The notes under the pieces: generated by a model | Database searches by the model: none | Seen by the model: the letters and a program-made list of their open reading frames with translations, nothing else | Told to the model about the DNA's origin: nothing | Position numbers and translations under genes: made by a program | NCBI GenBank assembly: GCA_021813945.1 | Contig: JAKAJD010000001.1 | Span: 137,744-201,743 of the forward strand | Length of the DNA: 64,000 nt | Origin: a bacterium | GTDB taxonomy: Bacteria; Patescibacteriota; Microgenomatia; Curtissbacterales; GWA2-41-24 | Direction of reading: 5' to 3' | Part shown: positions 18,451 to 28,355 of the stretch, one piece after another | Position numbering within the stretch: the stretch's first letter is position 1 | Layout of the letters: the number at the start of each line of letters is the position of its first letter

Positions 18451-19659
18451 GTGATCTGGCAAAAAGTTAAAAACTATTATCACCTTACCCAAGCCTTTCT
18501 TTCGGCCTTGTATTTTCATTTTCCAGGTAAAAATTTAACTATAATAGGCGTGACTGGGACCGACGGGAAGACAACGACGGTCAATATCATATTTCATATT
18601 CTCAAAAGCAATGGTTATAGGGTTTCGATGGTATCATCCATCGGGGCGCAAATTGGCAATAATTCCCAAGATACGGGTTTCCATGTCACTACCCCTAGCC
18701 CGTTTCAGGTTCAAAAACTGATAAATCAAGCTCAAAAAGCAGGCAGCAAGTATCTGATACTGGAAGCTACTTCCCACGGATTAGAGCAAAATAGGCTTGC
18801 GTTTGTAAATTTTAAAATCTCTGTTGTCACAAATATCACCTCAGACCATATGGATTACCATAAAACATGGTCAAACTATGCAAGCGCCAAGGCCAAACTC
18901 TTTAAAGATGCATCTATTTCAGTATTGAATAAAGACGATAAATCATACCAATTTTTAAAACAAAAAATATCGGGTAAAATAATTACCTATTCAACACAAA
19001 ACAAAGCTGATTTGAACTCAAAAGCATACAATTTAGACTCAATATTTGCTCAAAGATATAACCGGTCTAATGCTTTGGCAGCTGTAGCCGCCTGCCTCGC
19101 AATCGGACTGCCCAAAAATAAAATCGTAAAAGCTTTAAAAACCTTTAAGGGGATACCTGGCAGATTTGAGAAAGTAAATGCCGGGCAGAAATTTGAAGCA
19201 ATAGTAGATTTTGCTCACACCCCTAACGCTTTTGAAAATATCCTCACAGAACTAAAAGGAAGAAAGAAAGTTAAATCAAAGCTTATTGCTGTTTTTGGAT
19301 CCGCCGGCAAAAGGGATAAAGGGAAAAGGCCGCTAATGGGTGAAATAGCAGCAAAGTTAGCAGATACTTCTATAATCACCTCCGAAGATCCTAGAACGGA
19401 AAATCAAGATTCCATAATTTCGCAAATTTCAGAAGGCTTCAAAAAGTTGGGCAAAAAAGAAAATATCAACTACTTTAAAATTCCCGACAGGGGCACAGCA
19501 ATTTCCTTTGCAGTTAATCTGGCAAAAAATAATGACACAGTTGTATTTTTGGGCAAAGGCCATGAAAAGAGTATGACAATTGGGAAGAGGGATTATCCAT
19601 GGGATGAAGTGGAAGAAGTAAAAAAAGCAATACGAAAGGTTATAAAGAATGAAAAATAG
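18451..19659 (+). CDS. murE: UDP-N-acetylmuramoyl-L-alanyl-D-glutamate--diamino acid ligase (MurE), short form lacking the usual N-terminal domain
   Basis: P-loop IIGVTGTDGKTTT begins about 30 aa from the start. Mur ligase middle and C domains follow. Synteny right after ftsI. Confidence 0.8.
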   Translation: MIWQKVKNYYHLTQAFLSALYFHFPGKNLTIIGVTGTDGKTTTVNIIFHILKSNGYRVSMVSSIGAQIGNNSQDTGFHVTTPSPFQVQKLINQAQKAGSKYLILEATSHGLEQNRLAFVNFKISVVTNITSDHMDYHKTWSNYASAKAKLFKDASISVLNKDDKSYQFLKQKISGKIITYSTQNKADLNSKAYNLDSIFAQRYNRSNALAAVAACLAIGLPKNKIVKALKTFKGIPGRFEKVNAGQKFEAIVDFAHTPNAFENILTELKGRKKVKSKLIAVFGSAGKRDKGKRPLMGEIAAKLADTSIITSEDPRTENQDSIISQISEGFKKLGKKENINYFKIPDRGTAISFAVNLAKNNDTVVFLGKGHEKSMTIGKRDYPWDEVEEVKKAIRKVIKNEK

Positions 19660-21640
19660 TTTTTCAGCAATAGTTCTTGCAGGCGGAAAAGGCAAAAGAA
19701 TGAATTCCACCTTACCAAAAGTCCTCCACCGAGTGGGAAGCGTAACCATGCTTGAAAGAACAGTTAAATTACTCAAGAGTATAAATCCTACCCAGACAAT
19801 CGTAGTTTGCAACAAAGAGAATATATTAAGTATTCAAAAAGTATTAGGGAATCAAGTGTCGTATGCCACACAAACTCGCTCAAACGGCACGGCAGATGCT
19901 GTGTCAACTGCTATCAACGCCGAAAATCTAACTGAAAACACAATTGGTATTTTTTATGGGGACGATACCTCGCTTTACAAGGCTGAAACGATAAAAAAAG
20001 TCTATTCTAAGCACCTTAAAAGTAATGCAGCGATTACGTTTATTACTGTTATAAAGCAGGACCCAACAGGGCTCGGTAGGATTGTTCGCAAAAATTCAAA
20101 AGTTCTGGCAATAGTTGAAGAAAAAGACGCAAACGAAAGTCAGCTTAAAATTAAAGAAGTTAGCGACGGCGTTTATTTTTTCCAAAAAAAATGGTTGGTG
20201 GAAAATGTCTCAAGCCTTACACCTTCAAAAGCAACAGGGGAACTTTACTTGACTGACTTAATCGAATTAGCCATTTCCCAAAACCAAAAAGTCGAAACAT
20301 ACACTCTTGAAGACTCAAGCCAATGGCAGGGAATTAACAGTCCCATTGAGCTGGCACAAGCCAACTTAAAACTATCAAAAAAAATTCATTTCATGGGGAT
20401 CTCCGGTGCCGGGGCCGCGGCTGTTGCGGGAATTGCCAGAGGGTTCGGATACGATGTGACAGGATGTGACATAAATAAAAAAAGTCCTTATACGTCAAAA
20501 CTCAATGTGCCGATAGAAAAAGGCCACAACATATCACACATAGAAGGAATCAGCGTACTTATCGTCTCACCGGCGGTTTTAATCTACGATCCCCAAAATC
20601 CCGAACTTGTCGAGGCCCGCGCAAAAGGAATACCGATTGTAACCTGGCAGGAGTTCCAGGGTAAAATTCTGCAAGGCGGGAAATTTGTAATAGCTGTGGC
20701 GGGCGCTTACGGAAAATCTACAACAACGGCAATGATAGCCAAGATTTTAACTGACGCGAGGCTCGACCCAACATGCGAAATCGGTGCGGCCGTTCTCGAA
20801 TGGGAAGGTAACTTTAGGATAGGAAATTCAAGGTATTACATATGTGAAGCAGACGAATACTTCAATAACTTCCTAAACTACAAACCGGATATCGCAGTAA
20901 TTCTAAATACAAAATGGGAACACCCGGACTTTTTTAAATCGCCCGAAGACCTCGCAGATTCCTATCAAAAATTTATAAAAAACATCAAAGTTGGAGGCAA
21001 GCTAATCATTTCCAAAAATGACCAAAAATTAGCATCAGTCCAAGAAGACACAACTGTTATAAACGTCGAGGATTTCAATATAAGTAATCTATCATTAATT
21101 GGAGATTTCAGAAGGGAAAATGCTAATTTTGCGCTCACAGTAGCAAAAACCCTGAATCTCGATTTAAAAAAGGCAACCCAATCAGTCATATCTTTTAAGG
21201 GGCTTGGAAGAAGGCTTGAGAAAAAGGGTGAGATAGGGCAAACGGTATTTTATGATGATTATGCAGTCCAACCATACACAATCAAAACCACGGCTAATGC
21301 TCTGGCAGCCAAATTTGGAAACAAAAAAGTTCTTTTGGTTCTCGAACCGCACATGCACTCTAGAATAAAAAGATTTTTTAGCGAATTTGTGTCGGCACTT
21401 GAATCGGTCCAGGCAGATATCTATATTACAGATGTTTTCACGGCTCGTGAAAAATCAGAAAATGAGAATATATCCAAAAGATTACAAGAATCACTTGGCC
21501 AAAAGGCAAAATATACAGGGTCTATAGAAAACACTGCACAAGTTGTAGCCAAAAACCTAAAAGATTATGATGTTGTTTTGTCAATGGGAGCAGGAGATGT
21601 ATATAAACTGTACGACCTAACAAAAGTTAAAAATGGATAA
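19649..21640 (+). CDS. murC: fusion protein: GlmU-type sugar-1-phosphate uridylyltransferase N-domain + UDP-N-acetylmuramate--L-alanine ligase (MurC)
   Basis: Residues 1-240 match the GlmU pyrophosphorylase domain (AIVLAGGKGKRMNSTLPKVLH, DPTGLGRIVRKNSKVLAIVEEKD, GELYLTDLIELA). From about residue 245 the sequence is MurC (MGISGAGAAAVAGIARGFGYDVTGCD...AVAGAYGKSTTTAMI). One continuous reading frame. Confidence 0.85.
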   Translation: MKNSFSAIVLAGGKGKRMNSTLPKVLHRVGSVTMLERTVKLLKSINPTQTIVVCNKENILSIQKVLGNQVSYATQTRSNGTADAVSTAINAENLTENTIGIFYGDDTSLYKAETIKKVYSKHLKSNAAITFITVIKQDPTGLGRIVRKNSKVLAIVEEKDANESQLKIKEVSDGVYFFQKKWLVENVSSLTPSKATGELYLTDLIELAISQNQKVETYTLEDSSQWQGINSPIELAQANLKLSKKIHFMGISGAGAAAVAGIARGFGYDVTGCDINKKSPYTSKLNVPIEKGHNISHIEGISVLIVSPAVLIYDPQNPELVEARAKGIPIVTWQEFQGKILQGGKFVIAVAGAYGKSTTTAMIAKILTDARLDPTCEIGAAVLEWEGNFRIGNSRYYICEADEYFNNFLNYKPDIAVILNTKWEHPDFFKSPEDLADSYQKFIKNIKVGGKLIISKNDQKLASVQEDTTVINVEDFNISNLSLIGDFRRENANFALTVAKTLNLDLKKATQSVISFKGLGRRLEKKGEIGQTVFYDDYAVQPYTIKTTANALAAKFGNKKVLLVLEPHMHSRIKRFFSEFVSALESVQADIYITDVFTAREKSENENISKRLQESLGQKAKYTGSIENTAQVVAKNLKDYDVVLSMGAGDVYKLYDLTKVKNG

Positions 21641-22625
21641 ATATCAAGAATTTAAAAACACCATTGGTCCTCTTAGGGTTTTTGAAAACGAACCTCTTTC
21701 CCGTCATACTTATTTTAAAATAGGTGGCCCGGCAAAGCTGTTTTTTGAGGCCAAAACAGCAGACGATTTCAAACAAGCTTTGGCCTTGGCTACTAAACTT
21801 GGCATTCCTTACATAGTTTTAGGAATGGGGGCAAATGTTTTAGTCTCGGATAATGGTTTTAGCGGTCTTGTCATTAAAAACAAAGTAGACGAAGTCAAAT
21901 TGGTAGGCATCAAAGGCACACTGGGGAGAGACGGCAAAAGTATTAAAAGTGCCGTAGTTTGGGCAACTTCCGGAACCCTTATGAATCGGCTGGCAAGATT
22001 TACTATAGACGAAGGCTTGGAAGGCTTGGAATTTCTGCTGTCGGTTCCCGGTACAATTGGCGGGGGATTAAAAATTAATGCCCATTTCGAAGTTGAAAGG
22101 GAACAGTTTATTGGCAATAAACTCCAAACCGCGACTGTTTTTGATACCAAAAGCGGGGAAATTATAATACGCAAACAGGACTATTTTAATTTTGGATACG
22201 ATTATTCTAAGCTCCAGGAGACGCAAGAAATTGTTCTCGACGCAACCTTTCGGCTGGATGTTGCCAAGAACAAGGAAGCGTTATGGCAAGCTGCTATGGA
22301 TAACGTCAAAAGGAGAAACGAAGAGCAGCCAATCGGAATTGCTTGTTCAGGATGTGTTTTTAGAAACATCCAGCCCAAGGAGGCCATCCGACTTCAAACA
22401 CCGCATTTAACAACATCTACAGGCTACATCATAGACAGTTTAGGTCTTAAAGGTGAAAAAATAGGTGGTGCGGAAATCTCCAGACATCACGCAAATTTCA
22501 TCTTAAATACTCAAAATGCAACGGCTTCCGACGTGTTAGAATTGATTAAACTTATCAAAATTAAAGCCCAACAAAAGTACGGTTTAGACCTTAAAGAAGA
22601 GATTTTTTTAGTCGGTGACTTTTAA
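21633..22625 (+). CDS. murB: UDP-N-acetylenolpyruvoylglucosamine reductase MurB
   Basis: FAD-binding N-terminus YFKIGGPAKLFFEAKT and the MurB C-terminal domain. Confidence 0.88.
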   Translation: MDKYQEFKNTIGPLRVFENEPLSRHTYFKIGGPAKLFFEAKTADDFKQALALATKLGIPYIVLGMGANVLVSDNGFSGLVIKNKVDEVKLVGIKGTLGRDGKSIKSAVVWATSGTLMNRLARFTIDEGLEGLEFLLSVPGTIGGGLKINAHFEVEREQFIGNKLQTATVFDTKSGEIIIRKQDYFNFGYDYSKLQETQEIVLDATFRLDVAKNKEALWQAAMDNVKRRNEEQPIGIACSGCVFRNIQPKEAIRLQTPHLTTSTGYIIDSLGLKGEKIGGAEISRHHANFILNTQNATASDVLELIKLIKIKAQQKYGLDLKEEIFLVGDF

Positions 22626-22628
22626 AAA

Positions 22629-23885
22629 ATGGCAAAATTTCTAGTCGAAGGTAATAAAAAATTATCCGGAAAAATTCATGTAGCGGGCAATAAAAACTCC
22701 GTTTTGCCCCTGATGGCTGCCTGTATCTTAACCGCTGAAACTTGCGTAATCGAAAATGTTCCGGCGATATCAGACGTCTCAACTATGGCTAAACTCATGG
22801 AAATTTGTGGAGCAAAAATTCAAGGTGTCGGAACATCAACTCTTACCATAAATTGCCGTGAAATCAAAGCTGCTCCGCTTCCATCGGAATTGACCCAGAA
22901 ATTAAGAGCCTCGGTTTTACTTGTTGCTCCGCTAGTTTCTCGTGTAGGTGAAGTAACCATGGGCTATCCTGGCGGCGATGTTATTGGCAGAAGGCCTCTG
23001 GACGCTCATTTTCAGATACTTGAAGCAATGGGTGCCAAAATAAAGTCCTCACATGAATCTTTCAAAGTTACAGCTCAAAAATTTACACCCGGTGAAATAT
23101 TTTTAATGGAATCTTCAGTTACAGCAACTGAAAACGCGATTATGGCGGCAAGTTGCGCAAACGGCGAAACAGTCATTAAGCGGGCGGCTTCCGAACCTCA
23201 TGTAGTCGATCTATGCAATTTTCTTTGCAAAATGGGGGCAAAAGTAGAAGGGATTGGCACAAACGTTTTGAAAATCACAGGCGCCGAAACACTGCTGGCA
23301 GCGGTTCATGCAGTGCGTCCAGACCATATTGAAGTCGGTACTTTTGCGATTCTGGGCGCTATAGCCTGCGAAAAACTCGAAATCGCACCAGTTATCAAGG
23401 AGGATTTGGACATGATTCTCCTGACACTTTCTAAGTTTAATGTCAACTACAAATTGGCAGGGGACAAGCTCACCATAACAAGCGGAAAACTGAAGGCAGT
23501 TGAAAAAGTCGTGACCGATGTTTGGCCTGGTTTCCCCACAGATTTAATGGCTCCCATGATTGTTTTGGCAACACAGGCCGAAGGTGTCACAATTCTTCAT
23601 GACTGGATGTACGAGTCGCGCATGTTTTTTGTCGACAAGCTTCTTTCCATGGGTGCCAAAGTCGAAATTGCCGATCCTCATAGAGTTTTTGTCTATGGCC
23701 CAACAAAACTTCATGGAAGAAAACTCGACACGCCGGATATCCGTGCAGGGATTGCTCTGGTTATTGCCGCCCTGGCAGCAGACGGGAAAAGTGAAATCGC
23801 AAACTCCGAACTTATTGAGCGCGGTTACGAAAACATCGCCGAGAGGCTTTCTGAAATTGGCGCGGTAATTAAAAAATCAGCTTAA
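22629..23885 (+). CDS. murA: UDP-N-acetylglucosamine 1-carboxyvinyltransferase MurA
   Basis: MAKFLVEGNKKLSGKIHVAGNKNSVLPLMAA... EPSP-synthase-like fold over the full 418 aa. Confidence 0.92.
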   Translation: MAKFLVEGNKKLSGKIHVAGNKNSVLPLMAACILTAETCVIENVPAISDVSTMAKLMEICGAKIQGVGTSTLTINCREIKAAPLPSELTQKLRASVLLVAPLVSRVGEVTMGYPGGDVIGRRPLDAHFQILEAMGAKIKSSHESFKVTAQKFTPGEIFLMESSVTATENAIMAASCANGETVIKRAASEPHVVDLCNFLCKMGAKVEGIGTNVLKITGAETLLAAVHAVRPDHIEVGTFAILGAIACEKLEIAPVIKEDLDMILLTLSKFNVNYKLAGDKLTITSGKLKAVEKVVTDVWPGFPTDLMAPMIVLATQAEGVTILHDWMYESRMFFVDKLLSMGAKVEIADPHRVFVYGPTKLHGRKLDTPDIRAGIALVIAALAADGKSEIANSELIERGYENIAERLSEIGAVIKKSA

Positions 23886-23957
23886 AACTTCAATTAGCGC
23901 GTCATTACAATTTGTTCATTAACGCTGCCTATTGTATAATTCCAAATTGCCTATAAA

Positions 23958-25157
23958 ATGCCTCAGTCAGTCTATTTTGAAGTTGAAAATTGGAAAAAGC
24001 CATTACATATGGCAAAGGCAAGTCTTGCCAAGCTTTACTTGCAAATGTTGCCGAAAATTCAAGTGATTGGCATAACCGGAAGTGTTGGCAAAACCTTAAC
24101 TCAAAACGCAGTCTTTAAAGTTTTATCCCAAAAATACAATTGCGTAGTGGGCGGTGAAAATTTAGACCCGACCTTTAGAATTCCACAAGCTATTTTGCAT
24201 CTTAAACCATGGGACAACTTTTTGATCCTAGAATATGGGGTCGAACATCCGGGAGATATGGATTATTACTTGGATATCGCCAAACCGAATATTGCGGCAG
24301 TCACAAATATCGCTACTACTCACACAAAATACTTCAATAACACGACAGGCGTTTATGGAGAAAAATCAAAGCTAGTAAAAGCTCTTTCACCCTCGGGCTA
24401 CGCGATCGTCAATGGCGATGACAAGTTAAGTTCAAAGCTAAAACAGGAAACCCGCGCCAAAGTTTTAGTTGTGGGGAAAGAGGGGAAAAATGGCGTGAAA
24501 ATTTCCAATTTCAAACAGAATCTTGAAGGGTCAAGCTTTAGGATTCATTACAAAAGTCAGATGGTTCATGTTACTTGGAAAATTATCGGTCGTCATCAAC
24601 TCCTTGCAGCATACATTGCAACAACGATTGGGATTTTAAACAACGTTACTCTCAAGCAAATCGCAACAGGACTTTCTCAAGTTAAACCACCGGAGCACAG
24701 GTTAAGCCAAATCGTTACAAAAAGCTCAAACATTATAGATGACACCTACAATTCATCTCCAAAAGCCGCAATAGAATCGTTAAATACTTTAAAAGAAATT
24801 GGCAAAGGCCTCAAGAAGATCGCTATTTTGGGTGAAATGAAAGATCTGGGCCAACTTTCCAAAAGAGCCCATCAAAAAGTGGGTGAAGCCGTTGCCAAAA
24901 ACAGAATTAACGCTCTTATAACTGTTGGAGCACCTGCAGCTGAAATTGCCCTGTCAGCCAAAAAAAGCGGATTTAGCGGAAAAATCATAAATGTCACCAA
25001 TACAAAAGAAGCTACAAAAGCCGCAAGGCCATATGTTGGCAAAAAAGCGCTGATTCTTATTAAAGGCTCACGCCATGCTCATTTGGAAAGGGTTGTTTTC
25101 GGACTACTTCACAAATCGACCCAAATTTCCTGCTACCACTGCGGCAAGCTAAAATAA
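23958..25157 (+). CDS. murF: UDP-N-acetylmuramoyl-tripeptide--D-alanyl-D-alanine ligase MurF
   Basis: P-loop VIGITGSVGKTLTQ. Mur ligase C domain. Immediately upstream of mraY. Confidence 0.85.
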   Translation: MPQSVYFEVENWKKPLHMAKASLAKLYLQMLPKIQVIGITGSVGKTLTQNAVFKVLSQKYNCVVGGENLDPTFRIPQAILHLKPWDNFLILEYGVEHPGDMDYYLDIAKPNIAAVTNIATTHTKYFNNTTGVYGEKSKLVKALSPSGYAIVNGDDKLSSKLKQETRAKVLVVGKEGKNGVKISNFKQNLEGSSFRIHYKSQMVHVTWKIIGRHQLLAAYIATTIGILNNVTLKQIATGLSQVKPPEHRLSQIVTKSSNIIDDTYNSSPKAAIESLNTLKEIGKGLKKIAILGEMKDLGQLSKRAHQKVGEAVAKNRINALITVGAPAAEIALSAKKSGFSGKIINVTNTKEATKAARPYVGKKALILIKGSRHAHLERVVFGLLHKSTQISCYHCGKLK

Positions 25158-25173
25158 GATATAATAAGATACA

Positions 25174-26205
25174 ATGGTTCAAATTTTAGGCTTAATTTTG
25201 CTATCCTTTTTTACGATAAGCGTTCTCCTGGTCCCTTATATAAATCTCCTTTATCAAATTAAATTCATTCGCCAAAAACAAAAAACTAAAGATCTTTTTG
25301 AAGCAAGAACACCGATTTTTGATAGACTTCACGCCCACAAAGCCGGAACACCAGTTGGTGGCGGTGCCTTAATTATTTTTGTGGTCACATTTCTTTATTT
25401 GGTTATTTTTTACCTGTTTCCCTATTTAGGCATTACGCGAACTTCAGTTTATCCATATAAAAAGGAAATCGAGGTTTTACTTTTTACATTCCTTTCCTTT
25501 GGGGCGCTTGGTCTAGTAGATGATTTGAGAAAAACGTTTGGTTTTAAAAGAACCAAATTCTGGGGTTTAAGGTTTCGTTTTAAATTCATTGCCCAGTGGG
25601 TTCTTGCTCTCATTATTGCCTCCATGCTTTATTTTAGCCTTGGAATTTCCATCTTAAACATCCGTTTTTTTGACATTTTCAACTTAGGGCCATTTTATAT
25701 TCCATTTGCTGCATTTATCATTGTTTCTTTCACAAACGCGGTTAATATCTCAGACGGTTTAGATGGGCTGGCGGCTGGCCTTTTAGTAATTTGTTTGATT
25801 GCCTTTCTTATTATGTCTGCCTCCATTCTAGATACAACCCTTTCCATTTTTTTGGGCCTCTGGATCGGGGCATTAATTGCTTTTCTCTACTTTAACATTT
25901 GGCCGGCCAGAATCATCTTGGGAGATGTTGGCGCTCTTTCTTTCGGTGCAACTTTGGCCGTTGCCGGACTTCTTCTGGGAAAGCCCTTGGGCCTTACCAT
26001 AATTGGCGGAGTTTTTGTTTTGGAAGTCGCATCGTCTTTGATTCAAATTCTTTCCAAAAAGATCCGCAAGAAAAGAGTTTTTGAGGTTGCACCGCTTCAT
26101 CTTTGGGTTCAACATAAAGGATGGCAGGAACCCAAAATCGTCTTCAGGTTTTGGCTAGCCCAGGTAATTTTTGCGCTATTTGGTTTGTGGCTCTCATTTT
26201 TTTAG
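25174..26205 (+). CDS. mraY: phospho-N-acetylmuramoyl-pentapeptide transferase MraY
   Basis: 10-TM protein with DD...NAVNISDGLDGLA and the C-terminal HH motif region. Confidence 0.92.
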   Translation: MVQILGLILLSFFTISVLLVPYINLLYQIKFIRQKQKTKDLFEARTPIFDRLHAHKAGTPVGGGALIIFVVTFLYLVIFYLFPYLGITRTSVYPYKKEIEVLLFTFLSFGALGLVDDLRKTFGFKRTKFWGLRFRFKFIAQWVLALIIASMLYFSLGISILNIRFFDIFNLGPFYIPFAAFIIVSFTNAVNISDGLDGLAAGLLVICLIAFLIMSASILDTTLSIFLGLWIGALIAFLYFNIWPARIILGDVGALSFGATLAVAGLLLGKPLGLTIIGGVFVLEVASSLIQILSKKIRKKRVFEVAPLHLWVQHKGWQEPKIVFRFWLAQVIFALFGLWLSFF

Positions 26206-26988
26206 ATGCAAAGGAAAAAACCTATCGGTATATTTGACTCCGGTGTCGGTGGTTTATCAGTTCTTATAGAAATTAAAAAACTTCTTCCAAAAGAAAATTT
26301 AGTTTTTTTAGCAGACCAAAAAAATGTTCCGTACGGCCTAAAAACTCAAAAGCAGTTAGAAAAAATAACAGAAAATATTACTCGATTTTTACTTGGACAT
26401 GATATAAAAATGCTGGTTATTGCCTGCAACACTGCCACTTGTTATTCGCTCTCTCACCTTAGAAAAACGTTTTCCATTCCAATAATCGGAGTTGTACCGG
26501 CCATAAAGCCGGCAGCTAAAAAGACCCAGAAAGGCAAAATTGCCGTTATGTCTACACCCGCCACCGCAAAAAGTTCCTATTTGAAAAAACTTGTAAAGGA
26601 CCACGCTCCCACATCAAAAGTACTTAGAATTGGCTGTCACGGTTTGGAGGACCATGTTGAGGAATTGAATTACCAGGCAATTCGAAAAACGCTTCCTAAA
26701 TTCGCAAAAAGAATTGAAAATTTCGGCGCAGACGTTTTGGTATTAGGCTGCACCCATTACCCACTCATAAAAGATGAAATTAAAAAAAATCTGAATCCAA
26801 AAATAAAAGTTATAGATTCGGGAAAAGCCGTCGCCCAAAGAGTGAAATTTATCCTCAACCAAAATAAAATTTCCTCAAAGGAAAAAATGTACGAAATCTA
26901 TTACACTACGTCGGATACGGCTAAATTCTCCAAAGTCGCATCAACTCTTCTTGATACGGAAATTAAAGCCCAAAAAGCAGTATTTTAA
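26206..26988 (+). CDS. murI: glutamate racemase MurI
   Basis: IGIFDSGVGGLSVL...ACNTAT...GCTHYPL, the paired Cys racemase motifs. Confidence 0.9.
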   Translation: MQRKKPIGIFDSGVGGLSVLIEIKKLLPKENLVFLADQKNVPYGLKTQKQLEKITENITRFLLGHDIKMLVIACNTATCYSLSHLRKTFSIPIIGVVPAIKPAAKKTQKGKIAVMSTPATAKSSYLKKLVKDHAPTSKVLRIGCHGLEDHVEELNYQAIRKTLPKFAKRIENFGADVLVLGCTHYPLIKDEIKKNLNPKIKVIDSGKAVAQRVKFILNQNKISSKEKMYEIYYTTSDTAKFSKVASTLLDTEIKAQKAVF

Positions 26989-26990
26989 AA

Positions 26991-28355
26991 ATGCTAAAGT
27001 CCCAAAAAATTATAGTTTACGGTTTGGGCAAAGAAGGCGCAGCGGCTGCATTGTTTCTTTCCAAATCAAATGATGTCACCGCAATCGACGATAGAAAAAA
27101 ATCTGACTTCGAAAACGATCTTCTTGACCGGCTGGAAAGTGCAAAAATCAAACTATATTTTCAAAACGAAAATCCGAAATCAGAAAAATTTGATTACATT
27201 TTGCGCTCCCCGGGTATCAGGCCGGATAACCCAAAAATAAAAGCCTACATTTTAAATGGAGCAAAACAAATCACTTCAACTGGCATTTTTTTTGAAGATT
27301 GTCCCGGGCAAATAATCGGTGTGACTGGCACCAAAGGCAAAGGCACAACCTCGACTTTAATTTATGAAATACTAAAAGCTTCAGGTGCGGATGCCCACAT
27401 TGCCGGAAATATCGGCACGCCAATGCTTGAGGTTTTGCCCAAACTATCCCAAAAGAGCTTTGTCGTTTTAGAGCTTTCCAGTTTTCAGCTTATGGATCTT
27501 AAAAAAAGCCCCTATGTAGCAGTTGTTCTAATGGTTACCTCGGAACACTTGGATTGGCACAAAGACCACGCCGAATACTTACGGTCTAAACTGCCCATTA
27601 TTTCCAGTCAGTCATCAAAGGATTTTGCCGTTATAAATTGGGACTATCCAAATTCTAAAGCGTTTGCAGCCTCAACTGATGCAAAAACAATTTCTTTTTC
27701 AACAATCGGAAAATCAGCCGATATTTACGTTGATGGTCAAAATATAATCTCAAACGTTAAATTGACAGGGCAAAAGATATTATCGATTGAAAAAATTAAA
27801 TTGCCGGGACGGCACAATTTGCAAAATGTTTGTGCTGCAGTTGGTGCGGCTCAAGCCCTTGGCATCGAAAATCGCTTTATCCAAAAGGCAGCATACACAT
27901 TTTCCGGTTTACCAAATCGCCTGGAGCTTATAGCCGAGATAAACGGCGTTTCTTATTACAACGATTCCTTTTCCACAACTCCGGAAACAACGATAGCTGC
28001 AATCGAAGCTTTCCAAAAACCCAAAGTGCTAATCCTTGGCGGTTCATCGAAAAAAGCTGATTTTTCAGACCTTGCCAAAACAATTGCCGACTCCTCGTCA
28101 ATCCGTGCGTTAATCTTAATAGGTGCAGAAGCCAAAAGCATAAAAGACGCATTGGCAAAATATAAACTCAAGCCTCCGACATCGGAAGGCGCCAGAAACA
28201 TGCAGCAAGCAATAGCCCAAACTCTCAAATTTTCAAAAGCAGGGGACGTTGTCCTTCTTTCTCCGGCCTGTGCTTCATTTGATATGTTCAAAAATTATCA
28301 GGATAGGGCCGAGCAATTTAAGATGGAAGTTTCAAAAATCAAAACGCCTCAATAA
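26991..28355 (+). CDS. murD: UDP-N-acetylmuramoylalanine--D-glutamate ligase MurD
   Basis: IIGVTGTKGKGTTSTLI P-loop plus the Rossmann-like N-domain. Confidence 0.9.
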   Translation: MLKSQKIIVYGLGKEGAAAALFLSKSNDVTAIDDRKKSDFENDLLDRLESAKIKLYFQNENPKSEKFDYILRSPGIRPDNPKIKAYILNGAKQITSTGIFFEDCPGQIIGVTGTKGKGTTSTLIYEILKASGADAHIAGNIGTPMLEVLPKLSQKSFVVLELSSFQLMDLKKSPYVAVVLMVTSEHLDWHKDHAEYLRSKLPIISSQSSKDFAVINWDYPNSKAFAASTDAKTISFSTIGKSADIYVDGQNIISNVKLTGQKILSIEKIKLPGRHNLQNVCAAVGAAQALGIENRFIQKAAYTFSGLPNRLELIAEINGVSYYNDSFSTTPETTIAAIEAFQKPKVLILGGSSKKADFSDLAKTIADSSSIRALILIGAEAKSIKDALAKYKLKPPTSEGARNMQQAIAQTLKFSKAGDVVLLSPACASFDMFKNYQDRAEQFKMEVSKIKTPQ

